Assembly (NCBI GenBank): GCA_004764695.1
Contig: SMSO01000004.1
Span: 1,240,001 to 1,304,000 of the forward strand
Direction: 5' to 3'
DNA: 64,000 nucleotides
Source: Schizochytrium sp. TIO01
Lineage: Eukaryota > Protista > Bigyra: Labyrinthulomycetes
The notes below the pieces were generated by a model. That model was not told where the DNA came from, ran no database searches, and saw only the letters and a list, made by a program, of their open reading frames with translations. Below, in pieces: positions 1 through 11,212 of the stretch. Each line of letters begins with the position of its first letter. The first letter of the stretch is position 1. The position numbers were made by a program, and so were the translations under genes.

Positions 1-878
1 CCATCGGCACAAGGCGCAAGGCATTCGTCGAGGCCCAAGCTAGCCTGATTTTGCAGAGTCAAAGTTTGAAAATTGTACGAGTCCCTGTAAGTCTCGAGCA
101 TGCTGACAAAGCTTGAGATATCAGCTCCCGCAACCAAGTTATTCTCGGAGTTGAAATTAAATGAAGTAATTTCATTATTGCCATTGCACGTGACGAGACC
201 TTTTTGAACAGGGCACTTGGCGCTGCCACAAGGGTTTATAGACCGTGAATTAACAGCGTTAATGCCGCATTCGGTCCAGCTGGCACCGCCAAAGTTGTCT
301 TGGAGCGCACTCCAAAGTTCGCAAGCTTTTGGGTAAGCGGTTCCTGAGCAGTCAGCCTTGCGAGTAGGAGCAGACGTAGGGGCAGGCGTAGGTGCGTCAG
401 TGACACAGATTCCATCGGTAGTACAGCTACCAGTGCACTCAGAACCAGTGAAATCGCATGTGAGACCATCGGCACAAGGCTCAAGGCATTCGTCAAGGCC
501 CAAGCTAGCCTGATTTTGCAGAGTCAAAGTTTGAAAATTGTACGAATCCCTGTAAGTCTCAAGCATGCTGACGAAGCTGGAGATATCAGCTTCCGCAACC
601 AAGTTATTATCGGAGCCGAAATTAAATGAAGTAATTTGACTATTGCCATTGCACGTGACGAGACCGTTTTGAAAAGGGCACTTTTGAGGGCCACAAGGGT
701 TTATATAACGTGAATTAGTAGCGGAAGTGCCGCATGCGGTCCAGCTGGCACCGCCAAAGTTGTCTTGGAGCGCACTCCAAAGTTCGCAAGCTAGTGGGTA
801 AACGGTTCCTGAGCAGTCAGCCTTGCCTTCGTGAACGAAAAGTGCTAAAGTTGTTACTAAAAAAAGTAAGCGTGACAT
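1..878 (-). CDS. Secreted Cys-rich protein with tandem ~155-aa LRR-N-cap-like domains and short PT linker (partial, 3' end runs off window; absent from ORF track)
   Basis: Manual translation from ATG at 878: MSRLLFLVTTLALFVHEGKA (signal-peptide-like) then DCSGTVYPLACELWSALQDNFGGASWTACGTSATNSRYINPCGPQKCPFQNGLVTCNGNSQITSFNF..., linker DAPTPAPTSAPTRK, then a second copy of the domain (465-bp period, e.g. 811 vs 346). Frame stays open to position 1. Paralogous to 60866..61979 and 53096..53910. Confidence 0.85.
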   Translation of the reverse strand, partial: MSRLLFLVTTLALFVHEGKADCSGTVYPLACELWSALQDNFGGASWTACGTSATNSRYINPCGPQKCPFQNGLVTCNGNSQITSFNFGSDNNLVAEADISSFVSMLETYRDSYNFQTLTLQNQASLGLDECLEPCADGLTCDFTGSECTGSCTTDGICVTDAPTPAPTSAPTRKADCSGTAYPKACELWSALQDNFGGASWTECGINAVNSRSINPCGSAKCPVQKGLVTCNGNNEITSFNFNSENNLVAGADISSFVSMLETYRDSYNFQTLTLQNQASLGLDECLAPCAD

Positions 879-954
879 AACTTCGACGAAACTTCGACCT
901 GCTTATTAATTCGATATGGGAAGCTCAACTTTCTCCTTCACCACTTGGTTGCAG

Positions 955-960
955 CTTATA
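955..960 (-). promoter_or_regulatory. Candidate TATA-like element (TATAAG) ~80 bp upstream of the 878 ATG, conserved in the inverted copy at ~60789
   Basis: ctcTATAAGctgcaacc is identical in both duplicated upstream regions at a similar distance from the ATG. Confidence 0.4.
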
Positions 961-1200
961 GAGCACAGCTTGTCTCAGTTAAGCGGACTTCGAGATGACC
1001 TGGTTATAGTTTGAGTTTTGCTTGTGTGCTGGGTGTTGCGTTTTGATTTTGGATTCTAGTTTAAAATGACTTTGCACCGTTGCTATATTTTCATGTTACA
1101 TTTTTTTTTTAAATATGGAAAATAAATCGTTCCTCACACTTTTAGTACGTTTGATTAATTACCAATAGATTTTATTTATAACTGTTGTTGTAATATGCAT

Positions 1201-1266
1201 CAGTAATGATTGATGTTTAGGTCAGTAGTGATTGATGTTTAGGTCAGTAATGATTGATGTTTAGGT
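1201..1266. repeat. 22-bp tandem repeat x3 (cagtaatgattgatgtttaggt)
   Basis: Directly visible. Only one related copy is present in the inverted partner (~60518-60542). Confidence 0.85.
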
Positions 1267-1849
1267 TAGAAGGCAAATAGCTCAAAATCTATTACCATCT
1301 TGTGAGCTGCGCTGATTGCCTTACTTCTGCTTTTGCGTCCCTGTGTTAGTAGAAAGGGCTAAACATTAGTAAAATCTAGGGTCATTTTCACCGGATTAAT
1401 GAGACTACTGTGGTACTGCATAGCTTCGTACTAGGAAATATACTTTGAATATGAGTGTTGAGGACTTGCTTGAGGCACATCCAGAAGTTCTGTTAGCCTG
1501 GTTGCAGCGAATAGAACTCGTTAGTTGTTTAGGTTCAATAGGCCTGATGAGACTAAGCTAAGGGTGGTCCGTCAAAACCGAACACTCAGGAAAGAGGAAA
1601 CAACGAGGAAAGCAACAAAGAGCACCCTTTAAGATATAATCGAAAGGTTTACAATTTTCAAATGACGCAAAGTTCCACCCCCCTGGCATATGAAGGAAGA
1701 AAAAAAAATTTAAAAAAAAATATATATATATAAAATCGTGTATTTGAAAAGAGATATTAAAATCAGTCAAGAAGCGGCAGTGTAGTTGTTTATAAGAGCA
1801 TGCATAGCTCTTTGTGTATTACAGAGACGAGACAAGAGTTGACGGCAGA

Positions 1850-3325
1850 TTAAGCCTTAGACTTCTTGTTACGGTTTCTGCGCCGCCGACGAGATGAAGA
1901 ACTGCTAGAAGACGCAGCGGTAGGGTGTGCAGCCTCCTGCTTAGATGCCGAAGCAGATGTCGGAGAAGATGAAGCAGATGCAGGAGAGGCCTCCTCTGGG
2001 GTAGAGCGCTCCTCTATTTCTGGCTCTTGAGGGTTCTCTGTTGACAAATCTTCAGTTTCAATAGGACTCTGATCCGTTGGGTCCATAGAAGATACACTCT
2101 TGATTACCTCAGCCATTTGGCGTAATTTATCGCGGGCTACATCAACAAAGGCGACGCCGTCTGGATGGACCTCATCAGCATCAACCAAATACATGAAGAT
2201 GGACTGCGTTGATGGTTCGAGGTCACTTTTGTTTGCTGCAAGAAATTCAATCACTGGCTCAAACTCTTCCACACACGCGTGCATACCTTGGTGGTACTTA
2301 ATGCGGGTATCCAAGTTGGCAACTTTGCGATCAATAATTTTATCGAGGTCAGCTGCGTCTTTCACCTTAATTAGGGATCCAAAGTTTTGCAAATCCTTGA
2401 GCAGAGATTCTTTGGCAGCGGCATCAACCTCTTGCGGTGAGGCCTTACGTGCCTCCTTAGCTTTTTTGAGCTCCACAAACTTTGGCAAAAGCTTCTTTGC
2501 TAATTGATCTTGAATCTTTTGTGGTGTCAAACCGTCAGCAGATTCTTTTGCCGACTCTTCTTTAGTGGTATCCTCATTGTCCGCCTGGGCGTTCTTCTCT
2601 GTAGCAGGAACAAGGTCTTTGTTTTGCCCAGTTGCAGGGGGCTCCGGTGAAGCCTTGTTTTCAGTCAGATTGTTCTCTTTTGCAGTGCTTTCTTTATTGG
2701 CAATTGATTCTTCATCCTTCTCCTTGATCTTTACGTCATCTTCTGCAAAGTTGACCTCGCCAGAAGTTGGCACCTCCTGGTCTGAGCCCTCATCAGATTC
2801 GGTAGATTGCGGCAGAGCATCGTCCTTGTCCTTGATCTCAGCACCCTTTGTCTCATCACTCTCATCTTCGATTTGGTCCTCGACGGCAGAGTCATTTTCC
2901 TCCTGAGTCCTCTCTTGTTCCTCAGAAGCGGACTGAGCCGGCGAGATTTGCTCCGTCTTCGCCTCGCTCCTCTCTGCTTGGTCAGCGTCAACGCTTGTAT
3001 CCACTTGAGATTCTGTATCATCCTTGATGACTTCCTCGCTTAAAGTGTCTTGTTTGGCTTCAGTCTTATCCTCAGTTTTGGCCTTTCCAGCCTCAACCTC
3101 GATCTGGGAATCCTCAGCTTTCCTGGCCTTCGACGACGCATTCCTCCCCAGGGTTGAACGCGGGGAGGTTGCTGCAGCTGCCTTGCGACGCTGTGTCTTC
3201 GTGAACTCCTTCTCAACTTCTTTGGGCGGGGATCCTCCAAGATAAATCGACGCTGTAGCCACCAAGGCGCACGCAAAGCCAACCGTGGCTAGGAACCTGC
3301 CCATATGCTTGGCCTCCCGCGCCAT
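1850..3325 (-). CDS. Hypothetical N-terminally membrane-anchored acidic protein (491 aa) with a helical C-terminal domain, weakly BAG-like
   Basis: Hydrophobic FLATVGFACALVATASIYLGG near the N-terminus, a long E/D/K/S-rich low-complexity region, a helical block (KLLPKFVEL...MAEVIKSV) and a basic tail RRRRRNRNKKSKA. Confidence 0.8.
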   Translation of the reverse strand: MAREAKHMGRFLATVGFACALVATASIYLGGSPPKEVEKEFTKTQRRKAAAATSPRSTLGRNASSKARKAEDSQIEVEAGKAKTEDKTEAKQDTLSEEVIKDDTESQVDTSVDADQAERSEAKTEQISPAQSASEEQERTQEENDSAVEDQIEDESDETKGAEIKDKDDALPQSTESDEGSDQEVPTSGEVNFAEDDVKIKEKDEESIANKESTAKENNLTENKASPEPPATGQNKDLVPATEKNAQADNEDTTKEESAKESADGLTPQKIQDQLAKKLLPKFVELKKAKEARKASPQEVDAAAKESLLKDLQNFGSLIKVKDAADLDKIIDRKVANLDTRIKYHQGMHACVEEFEPVIEFLAANKSDLEPSTQSIFMYLVDADEVHPDGVAFVDVARDKLRQMAEVIKSVSSMDPTDQSPIETEDLSTENPQEPEIEERSTPEEASPASASSSPTSASASKQEAAHPTAASSSSSSSRRRRRNRNKKSKA

Positions 3326-4210
3326 CTTTCAGTCAAGATTTAAAGAAAAAACGCTACGACACGAGGCCCTCCTGAGTCGATCTCAAGCGACGACACTGCG
3401 CCAAGCGACGCCTTCGCAATAGCAAGGTGTTTTACAATTGCTCGTTTGCGAGAAGAAGAAGATGAAGTACTGCTACTTCGAGGTATGACTTTATGGGTTT
3501 ACTTTGATTTCACCTTTGTAAATTATATCTATATCTCCATCGATCCATCCCTTCGCTGACGACATCTGACGCAAGTCAACTTAAACGCTGCTGAAAGTCA
3601 CTTATACCGCTGCATAAATGAGTTATTCATTCGCGTACAATAGGCTATTCATCGTTAAAGCCTGGCTTTCAACTAAAAGAACTAAAAGAATAAGCGTCCG
3701 CAAGCCTCAGAGTGACTTATAGTTCCCCCACAAGTGAGCTATTTGCAGTCTCAAAATGAATTATACCAAAGATACAATGGAGAATCGGCCTCTCATGGAG
3801 CTTTTCACAAGTAGACAATGTTGCTTTGCAAAGTAGAACTTAACGGCGCATAAAGTGGAGTATTTGCCCCATAAATTAGGGTGTTCTAACAGGAATGATC
3901 TGAAGGCCATCTTGGACTATCTTGACAGCACCGATAGCATTAGAACGGGAATTCTGCGGCACGAAGAAGCGTTGTCGGCAGAACCTAACGAACGGCGGTG
4001 TAGCGTCAAGCAAGGCATTGGCAACCGAATAAGTGGCAGAGAGTTAACCGTCGTGTCTGCATATACTTTGTAGATACAGGCGCCTTGCTACAAGCCACGC
4101 TGGAAAACGATTTCGCCAAAAACGTCTCGAAGGAAAACAAACCTGGCACGTATATACTCTTCTAGAGAAAGCAGAGACAGTTGAATCGCTCTGATACTCT
4201 AGAGATCAAG

Positions 4211-5092
4211 ATGTTTGTAGGCAAGATGTGGGCTCTGCGTGCAAAATCACTCATGGTGGTGCTGCTCTTGGCAGCAGCGGTAGTGCCGAGCTTTGCATCC
4301 TTTGGAGGTCCCGGAGCCGGCGAGGATACGGAAGGTGGATTTGCACCGCCTGGAGATCTCACAGATGAGCAACTTCAAGAGCTTTTAAGTCAGCAGGGGC
4401 TTGGCGATGGCGGAGAAGGCGGTGGTATGGACTTTGGTGATATGGATTTTGCTGAAATGATGAAAAATATGGGCGGCGACATGATGGGCATGGAATCGCT
4501 CGGTGGCATGGGAGACATTGCCATGATGCGAGACACAGAACCAACCACTGGAGATATCAAATTCATTCTTTGTGATACATGCGAGAACCTCGTTGAGAAT
4601 GCATGGAACCAAATTGCTGCGCTGCGCGCCAAGTTCCCCAATACTAAGATCAGCGAGGACCGCATTGACGATGCATTGGAGAAAATTTGCAACAGTAAAG
4701 AAGAACCCGGCTTGTGGATTGGCAGAATGGATATGGTGGAGGATGGTGACCGTATTCATCTTGAGGACAAGGGCGTTGTTGGTCGTTGCATGGTTGAATG
4801 CAAGACTATAGAGGCTGCTTGCTCTAAAGTTAATGAAGAGATCAACACCGATCTTGTTGAGGCTTTGTACATGGGCAAGTCTGACCTTCAGACTTTGAAG
4901 AACCGCTTCTGTAGCAAGCAAATCCGCAGGATGAAGGGTGCATGTGGAAAGCCCTACCCGCCTGTACCAGCATCTCGCGAAGCTGGAGGCGAAAACTTCT
5001 ACCCAAAGACTGAAGAGGAGCTTGGAATGGACGAAATTAACCGTAAAATTCGTGCCTCCCCACAAGGAAATTTTGGAGTCCGTGAGCTGTAG
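4211..5092 (+). CDS. ER-lumenal saposin-like / DUF3456 (Canopy / plant SES1-like) protein
   Basis: Signal peptide (LMVVLLLAAAVVPSFAS); saposin-type Cys spacing DIKFILCDTCE...ICN...CMVECKTIEAACSK...FCSK...GACGKPYPPVP; C-terminal VREL resembles a KDEL-type retention signal. First ATG is at 4211 (track start 4181 is TTG). Confidence 0.8.
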   Translation: MFVGKMWALRAKSLMVVLLLAAAVVPSFASFGGPGAGEDTEGGFAPPGDLTDEQLQELLSQQGLGDGGEGGGMDFGDMDFAEMMKNMGGDMMGMESLGGMGDIAMMRDTEPTTGDIKFILCDTCENLVENAWNQIAALRAKFPNTKISEDRIDDALEKICNSKEEPGLWIGRMDMVEDGDRIHLEDKGVVGRCMVECKTIEAACSKVNEEINTDLVEALYMGKSDLQTLKNRFCSKQIRRMKGACGKPYPPVPASREAGGENFYPKTEEELGMDEINRKIRASPQGNFGVREL

Positions 5093-5609
5093 AAAGCTCT
5101 ACAACGATGAATCAACACCGAAAATGTGGTCATGATAATTGTAGTTCCCGTTGTTGCATAGAAACCACAATTATCGAAAGCATCACTACATTATAGTGGT
5201 ACTAAAACACTATTTTACCAATAGCCTATTACATTAGAAACAACCAAAAAACATGAAATTGGAATTTAATAGAAATTTCTCTGCCATTTATTAGAGAAAA
5301 TATAATTTTAAAACAAAAAACTAACGTGCATATACAGCGCATCATATAGCCTGCTAAACTAGCAAAATGATGCTTTAGATCACAATCTCTTGCTCCTCTT
5401 CTTCTTTTTCTATTTTGAAAAAACTTCGGAGCTAAAAAGAAATATGGTACTGTTAAACCTTTTCAAACAGGGACTCGTCTGGACGAAAGTGAAAAAGTCC
5501 ATGCAACAATGAAAGTTATAGGTATTATGTGTGAATCATAAGTGCAGGCACCACTGCTTCCTCACCAAGAAAGTTGCAACTTGCGCAACTGCTTCTAAAC
5601 TTAGATGAT

Positions 5610-7886
5610 TCAGTCGAAGATAAGCTTGATTATATTGTTGGTTGAAGTCGTTGAAGGTTTACAAATACCAAGAAATCGAAGCTCAGTGCTTGCTTGCATG
5701 AAACGAGCACGCTGTTCAATATCGTCGTCAGCTTCGTTTGCAGCACAAAATTCCTCATACCATTCAAGCATACTCAACTGCTTTCTACGACCATGGCCTC
5801 GAAGAATCTGGTAGACAGTGCAGGTGTCATGGCTCTTGCGCTTCGTATTTACACTTATGTTCGTGAGCGCTGACAAGATACCATCTCTATGAGAAGGCAT
5901 CATCAGTTTATTCAGTGCTTTTGCACTGTGCAAGGCAAAAATCTCGTCTAATGGACGTTGAGTGCTGCAAACTATTTTTTCAACAAGCTCCTCCCAGCGT
6001 TTCAAGACAAACTTTCGTGCTGCTTTGGATTGAACAATTCTGTCCTCTGAATTCATACCCGCTTGCAGAAGCTCCATGCGCTTGTTCTTTTTCATGCTTG
6101 CATTACGCAAAGCATCACCTTGTAGAGTTCGCACAGATGGGGATGGCACCGAAGTACTTGTATCCTGGTCAGCAGAGCGTAGCTCCTGGAATTTCTGCAC
6201 ATCTTTAGGGTTCTTCCACGCAACAAGGAGCTGCTGAAGAGTATCGAGCGAGCATTTGTCAAGACGAGCACGCAGGTCTTTACATGTCCCTTTGGGGTCG
6301 CTCAGGAGTTCCACGTAGGCAGCACGCAAACTTCGTCGGAACCCACTATGTAAGTGAGGCTGGAGAATTCGATTCGTCTCAAAGAGGCGCATAAATGCCT
6401 CCGGGCGATGCTTGCGCGAGGATTCTTGGTAAGAAATGAGGTTTCCTACCATTGTAAGTTTGGCAGATTCGCTCATAGAGTCTAACTTTGGTGCAATCTC
6501 TTTGACTACACTCGGTAATGAAAGCAGATAATTGAGGTCTTCCTCCATCAGAAGTGGTACACCTTCTCCTTCACGACGGCAACAGAGATAGGCGCACCGT
6601 ACTTTGGAGAAGTGCACCATCGTTAAAAGCTTTAGTGATCGCATAAATGAGTGAAATGAGTATTCCTCTTGAAGAAATACTTGCGATAAGCGGTCAAGCA
6701 CACGAGGACCAAGGCGCAACGGCATACGGTCACTCATTAGTATGTCATCGGTGATCTTGTCTAAGAGTGCTCTACCCTGCTCAATTTTGAATCGTTGAAT
6801 TTGCAAGCGAGCTGTTTCTGCCCGTGTGAGAAGACCATGCACGCCTTGATAACTTGAGCTACGCAGGCCAAGAACAACACCAAAACGGAACACGCGGCGT
6901 TCAGGATCATTATGATATGACAAAAGAATCCTCATAATACCACGAAGTACTGCTACATCGATATTCTCAGCGTCATCAAAGACAACGAAGATGGTTCGTT
7001 GTTTCATAGACTCTGCTTCCAGCATAGCTTCCAGTTCAAGCAATGTCTTCGGTTGTTTTCTCACTCCTACGGCGTTTTTACGCCGCCTTTTAGCAGTGAC
7101 ATTCTTTTCCATGCGTTGTAGGAGCGTTGAGCTGCGAACACGCTTGCCTGCGCCTGTTCGAGAAACCGTGCTCAATTCCTCTTCGTCGCTATCCTCGTCT
7201 TGGGCTTCCTCATCATGTGTGTCGTCGATAGCTGATACAAGCTCGCGCACAATAGCTTCTACTCCAGTTTGAACAGATCCGCAAACGTCTGGCCCTATGA
7301 GTGCCAGATGAGGGGAAAGTGACTCTCGAATCATGGCACACAATTTGGCACAAGTAATTTCATGATCTCCAACATTAACACCAGTTGATAACGCAGCAAG
7401 ATGCATAAATTCTGCTTCTGCTGCGTGTTCAAGAAACTTGTGAATTCCTTGGAAGCTTTCTTCCATTGTTGACTCAATTACCTCATTGATGGCTTTTTCT
7501 GTACGCTTCCAGCATCTTGCAAAAGCTTCGTAATTCTCCTCTGTGATTTTCTCCTTGAACCAATCGCCAGTGACGACTGCTGCTCGTTGACCAGCTTTAA
7601 TTGCAGCATCAAGGGTCTCCTGGTTGGCGTTAATTGCGTCAGATTTGGATGATTTGCGGATCTTATTCACGGTTCGTCGTCGTGAGTTTCTGCGTTGTCG
7701 GAAATTGTTGCCTTCTTCGCCGTCCTCTTCGTCTTCACTGTCGTGCTTTACGTTTTCGTCCTCGCGGTCATCTTCGTCGTGGCCTTGCGCTGCACGATCT
7801 GCGTCAAGGTCGAAGGCCGCTTGCGCTGAGGAGTCAAAGCCATTCCGCATGAACAAACTGCCATCACTCGAAATAGTGCTCGTCAT
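5610..7886 (-). CDS. ORC3: Origin recognition complex subunit 3
   Basis: ORC3-type motifs ALSTGVNVGDH, VVFDDAENID...FGVVLGL, PLRLGPRVLDRL...SFHSFMRSLK, and winged-helix end RFMQASTELRFLGICKP. First ATG at 7886. Confidence 0.88.
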   Translation of the reverse strand: MTSTISSDGSLFMRNGFDSSAQAAFDLDADRAAQGHDEDDREDENVKHDSEDEEDGEEGNNFRQRRNSRRRTVNKIRKSSKSDAINANQETLDAAIKAGQRAAVVTGDWFKEKITEENYEAFARCWKRTEKAINEVIESTMEESFQGIHKFLEHAAEAEFMHLAALSTGVNVGDHEITCAKLCAMIRESLSPHLALIGPDVCGSVQTGVEAIVRELVSAIDDTHDEEAQDEDSDEEELSTVSRTGAGKRVRSSTLLQRMEKNVTAKRRRKNAVGVRKQPKTLLELEAMLEAESMKQRTIFVVFDDAENIDVAVLRGIMRILLSYHNDPERRVFRFGVVLGLRSSSYQGVHGLLTRAETARLQIQRFKIEQGRALLDKITDDILMSDRMPLRLGPRVLDRLSQVFLQEEYSFHSFMRSLKLLTMVHFSKVRCAYLCCRREGEGVPLLMEEDLNYLLSLPSVVKEIAPKLDSMSESAKLTMVGNLISYQESSRKHRPEAFMRLFETNRILQPHLHSGFRRSLRAAYVELLSDPKGTCKDLRARLDKCSLDTLQQLLVAWKNPKDVQKFQELRSADQDTSTSVPSPSVRTLQGDALRNASMKKNKRMELLQAGMNSEDRIVQSKAARKFVLKRWEELVEKIVCSTQRPLDEIFALHSAKALNKLMMPSHRDGILSALTNISVNTKRKSHDTCTVYQILRGHGRRKQLSMLEWYEEFCAANEADDDIEQRARFMQASTELRFLGICKPSTTSTNNIIKLIFD

Positions 7887-8914
7887 TGTGTATGCGCAGC
7901 AGTCAAGGCCGCCGGAAGGCACAGCAGACTCGTCTTGATTGGGTTTTGATTGCTGAGCGACCTAACGACCAAGGAGAATATTTAGCTATGTATTTCTTCT
8001 AATTAGCACTAATCACAAAGTAATACTAGATAAAGGAAGTTCTTAAGAAGCAACCATCGGCGCTCTTAAAATGGGTTAGAGAAAAGTTGCTTTCATGAGC
8101 ACCATGTATCTTGAGCTTTGATAGTAAAATAGACCTTTTGGCAAGTGGAGTAATGCTCAATTCAAACCCAGTGATTAGAATTGATAAAGGCCTATGTATA
8201 TTTTTAAAAATGATTTTTGTTAAAAAGATAAATACCTGTAGAATTTTTTGAAAACGAAAATCTAAATGTTTAGTCCAAGAGCATGTACACAGCAAGAAAA
8301 GACCAAAATAATACAAGATGTATAAAAGGCTTCAAAATTGAGGAGTGAACACACTAAAGGTTCATTTACATTACAATGAGTGAATCAAATTACCTAGATT
8401 TCCGAGTAGAACATGCAGCACGCATGAGTGCCTGGAATTTTGTAAATGGAATGTAGGATGAAGTAAAGCATAAAGATGTGAACAACTTCGAGACTAGCAA
8501 CTATACTATTTGGCGAAGAGAGATCATCAATCCACGAATTCGAATGGAGGTTGCTGACCAAAGTGTTTGCTCTACCGAGGCACAAGCTTAATTTTAAGTT
8601 TGAAGTTTGTAGTTTCCTGGTAAAGCGAATAATAATAAAGCGATAAGATATGAGCAAAACCAAAAAGCAATTTTCACCTTCCCGTTTCCCATCTGAGACC
8701 TAACCCATGAGCAACCAACAAGCTTTGTGTATAAGTTGGATTCTTTGCTTTCATAAAAAAGAAATGTTAAAGAAGGAGGCAAAAGCAAATCAGACCAGGC
8801 AGTGTGTATCACACTTTGTCCTCAACCTGCTTTGTTCATTATCGACATGAGATAATGGGGGTTGCCCCTATGATACTTTAGCAATCTAAGCGATCTGAAC
8901 TATTTGTCCAGTAC

Positions 8915-11212
8915 TTACGGGGATGAAGAGCAGACTAAGTCTGCGAGCTCAGGGAGGGATTTTTCAGACGGGCCTCCAATAAAGTTAGAGTGGACTCTAA
9001 CGCGGAAATGGTCAGGAACATTGTCGATCATGTTGAAGTTGAAGATTGGTGCTGGCTTTGTGGCGGCTGCAATGAAAGCGAGATTGGTGATCTGTACAGC
9101 AAAAGAGGTTCCGACAAAAACGAAGGCATCAGCCTGGCGAAACCATTTCTTCGCCTTTTTGAACTGGTAAGAATCATGATCAGTGTAATCCTCGTCAAAA
9201 AGAAGGCAGTTTGGGGCAAGGATTTGCGAGCACTCTGGACATTTAGGCAAGTCCTCTGTCGCACGAATTTCGGGCCTAGCGCCCTCCGGTCGGTGAATAC
9301 GATCACCAAGTTTTGCATAGTGCACTTGTTCTTTCTGGTAGATGCAATCATCTGTGTAACACTTATAGCCACCGGAGTATCCGTGAATCTCGATCAACTG
9401 ATCATCGTCAATCTTGCCTACAGTGTGTCGGTGCAAACGGTCAATGTTTTGGGTGATTAAATGAGCACTTTCCGGATAGTTTGCGCAGATGCGGGCAAGA
9501 GCAGCGTGTCCGGGGTTAGGAAAGTAGTTCACCGCCTTGCCTTCGTCAAAGTGACGTAGCCAGAAGGTATTGTACCAGGCAAGAGGGTTTTCTTCGAACT
9601 TCTCACGCGTGCCCCAGGTGTATACACTTTCCTCCCACACGGCATCATCCTGACCACGAAAGGGTGGGATACCACTTGCAACGGAAAGACCTGCACCAGT
9701 GATAAAGACAACGTGTTTGCCTTCAAGGATGAGACGTGCAAGCTTTGCCATCGGTGGCTCGCTTTCAGCTTCAAGGGTTTGGCTTTGGCCACGTTTAGGA
9801 CGACTGCGGCTGAATTCTGACATACGTTTGGGTTGCTTCCACTTCGCACGCAGACGGCGAGTTGCCTCGCGCTTCTTTGCGCGCATACGAGCTACAACTT
9901 TTTCCTCGTCGGTCATTTCTTCAAAGTTATCTTCATCATCATCGTACTGGCGATCCTCGCTACCAGTACCATTGGCACTGCCGGCATCTTGATCCCCAGA
10001 GTCATCTTCATCGTCATTAGCCTTGGCATCATCATTCCTGACCTGTGTTTTGTCCTCTTTTTCGGCTTTGACTCCTTCATTTTGCGACTTGTTTTCGGAC
10101 CCTGTCGCACGTGGTTGTGCACTCTCAATAGATGCTGTTTTATCATTCATTGATGTGGGTGCGGGTGCTGGTGCTGGTGCTGATTCAGGCGCAGAATCAG
10201 GTGCAGGCATGACGGGAATTGCAGTTGCGGTGGTGGAAGCAATTGCTAGCGCGGGGACAGGCTCTAGCGTTGGAGTAGGGCCATTCGAAGAGGAAGGGAT
10301 GGGTTCCTCATTCTTGACGATCTCCATTTTCTCTTCTACCTTCGGGGCATTATCTGAGGCAGATGCTGTCGTCGGAACGGCAATCGTTGTAGATGACTGC
10401 TCCTCAGCGGCTTGTTTGGCCTTTAGGGTCTCCAAGAGAGCTTTAGTGGCGTTAATTCCCTCAAGTTGTTGTTGCTGCATGCGCTCGAAGGCTGCAAAAA
10501 CAGATTCTTCCTCAGGATTGGAGTTGAGGTTAGACTGCTGTCCAAAGTTGCTGGAGAGCGATGGTTGCATGGTAAATGAGGGTTCCTGCTTCAGGATTGC
10601 ACTCGCAGCTTGCCCAATATGTGGTTGTTCCGCCAAACTTTGAATTGTCTCAGGTTTCAGAAGGCCGGCTAGTGGAAAACCTTGAGGTTGTTGGTGCAGT
10701 TGCTGTTGCTGTAAGTGCTGCAAATGCTGCAATGAAAAGGATCCATTGCCAAACAGAGCGTCTGCAAGTGATGCTTGGAGCTGTTGTTGTTGGAGTTGTT
10801 GCTCCTGCTGTTGGCTAATACCGTTCTGAAATAAGAGCTGGCGCTGCAACACTTCTTGTTCTGAAGTGGTACCTGAGCCTGACATGTTAACGAGGCCGTT
10901 GAGAAAAGAAAGATTACTCTCTCGCTGCAAAGACATGTTTTTCTGCTGTTGCTCTTGTTGCTCCTGTTCTCTTTGATGATGCTGTTGGACCGCCTGTCTC
11001 TGGGCTTGCTGGAGCAAGCTTGTCAGAGGCTGTTGTTGTTGTTGTTGTTGTTGCTGTTGTTGCTGTTGTTGCTGCTGCTGCTGCTGCGGCTGACTATCCT
11101 GACCATCTACACCATGCTGCTGCTGCTGATATTTCTGCAGAAGGTACAAATGGGCTGCCTTCGTAGCCGCTTCAATCGCAGCAGGGTCCAAGTTCAAATT
11201 ACTTGCGTCCAT
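8915..11212 (-). CDS. Sir2/sirtuin-family NAD-dependent deacylase with a ~490-aa polyQ/acidic/basic N-terminal extension
   Basis: Canonical sirtuin motifs: ITGAGLSVASGIPPFRG, ITQNIDRLH, IEIHG, Zn-binding CYTDDC...CPEC, PNCLLFDE, VGTSFAV. Confidence 0.93.
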   Translation of the reverse strand: MDASNLNLDPAAIEAATKAAHLYLLQKYQQQQHGVDGQDSQPQQQQQQQQQQQQQQQQQQQPLTSLLQQAQRQAVQQHHQREQEQQEQQQKNMSLQRESNLSFLNGLVNMSGSGTTSEQEVLQRQLLFQNGISQQQEQQLQQQQLQASLADALFGNGSFSLQHLQHLQQQQLHQQPQGFPLAGLLKPETIQSLAEQPHIGQAASAILKQEPSFTMQPSLSSNFGQQSNLNSNPEEESVFAAFERMQQQQLEGINATKALLETLKAKQAAEEQSSTTIAVPTTASASDNAPKVEEKMEIVKNEEPIPSSSNGPTPTLEPVPALAIASTTATAIPVMPAPDSAPESAPAPAPAPTSMNDKTASIESAQPRATGSENKSQNEGVKAEKEDKTQVRNDDAKANDDEDDSGDQDAGSANGTGSEDRQYDDDEDNFEEMTDEEKVVARMRAKKREATRRLRAKWKQPKRMSEFSRSRPKRGQSQTLEAESEPPMAKLARLILEGKHVVFITGAGLSVASGIPPFRGQDDAVWEESVYTWGTREKFEENPLAWYNTFWLRHFDEGKAVNYFPNPGHAALARICANYPESAHLITQNIDRLHRHTVGKIDDDQLIEIHGYSGGYKCYTDDCIYQKEQVHYAKLGDRIHRPEGARPEIRATEDLPKCPECSQILAPNCLLFDEDYTDHDSYQFKKAKKWFRQADAFVFVGTSFAVQITNLAFIAAATKPAPIFNFNMIDNVPDHFRVRVHSNFIGGPSEKSLPELADLVCSSSP
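11030..11087 (-). repeat. CAG/CAA trinucleotide tract encoding polyQ in the sirtuin
   Basis: (tgt/tgc)n on the + strand; about 19 consecutive Gln in the translation. Confidence 0.9.

Larger units (their letters stand above)
384..1479. repeat. Left arm of inverted segmental duplication (first domain plus ~600 bp upstream); partner at ~60291..61361
   Basis: Reverse-complement matches read by eye: cttatagagcacagcttgtctcagt (955) vs actgagacaagctgtgctctataag (60770); gacttgcttgaggcaca (1463) vs tgtgcctcaagcaagtc (60291). Confidence 0.9.

Noticed and set aside
236-496. Track ORFs 236..496 and 61261..61557
   Set aside because: Alternate-frame shadows of the real Cys-rich genes.
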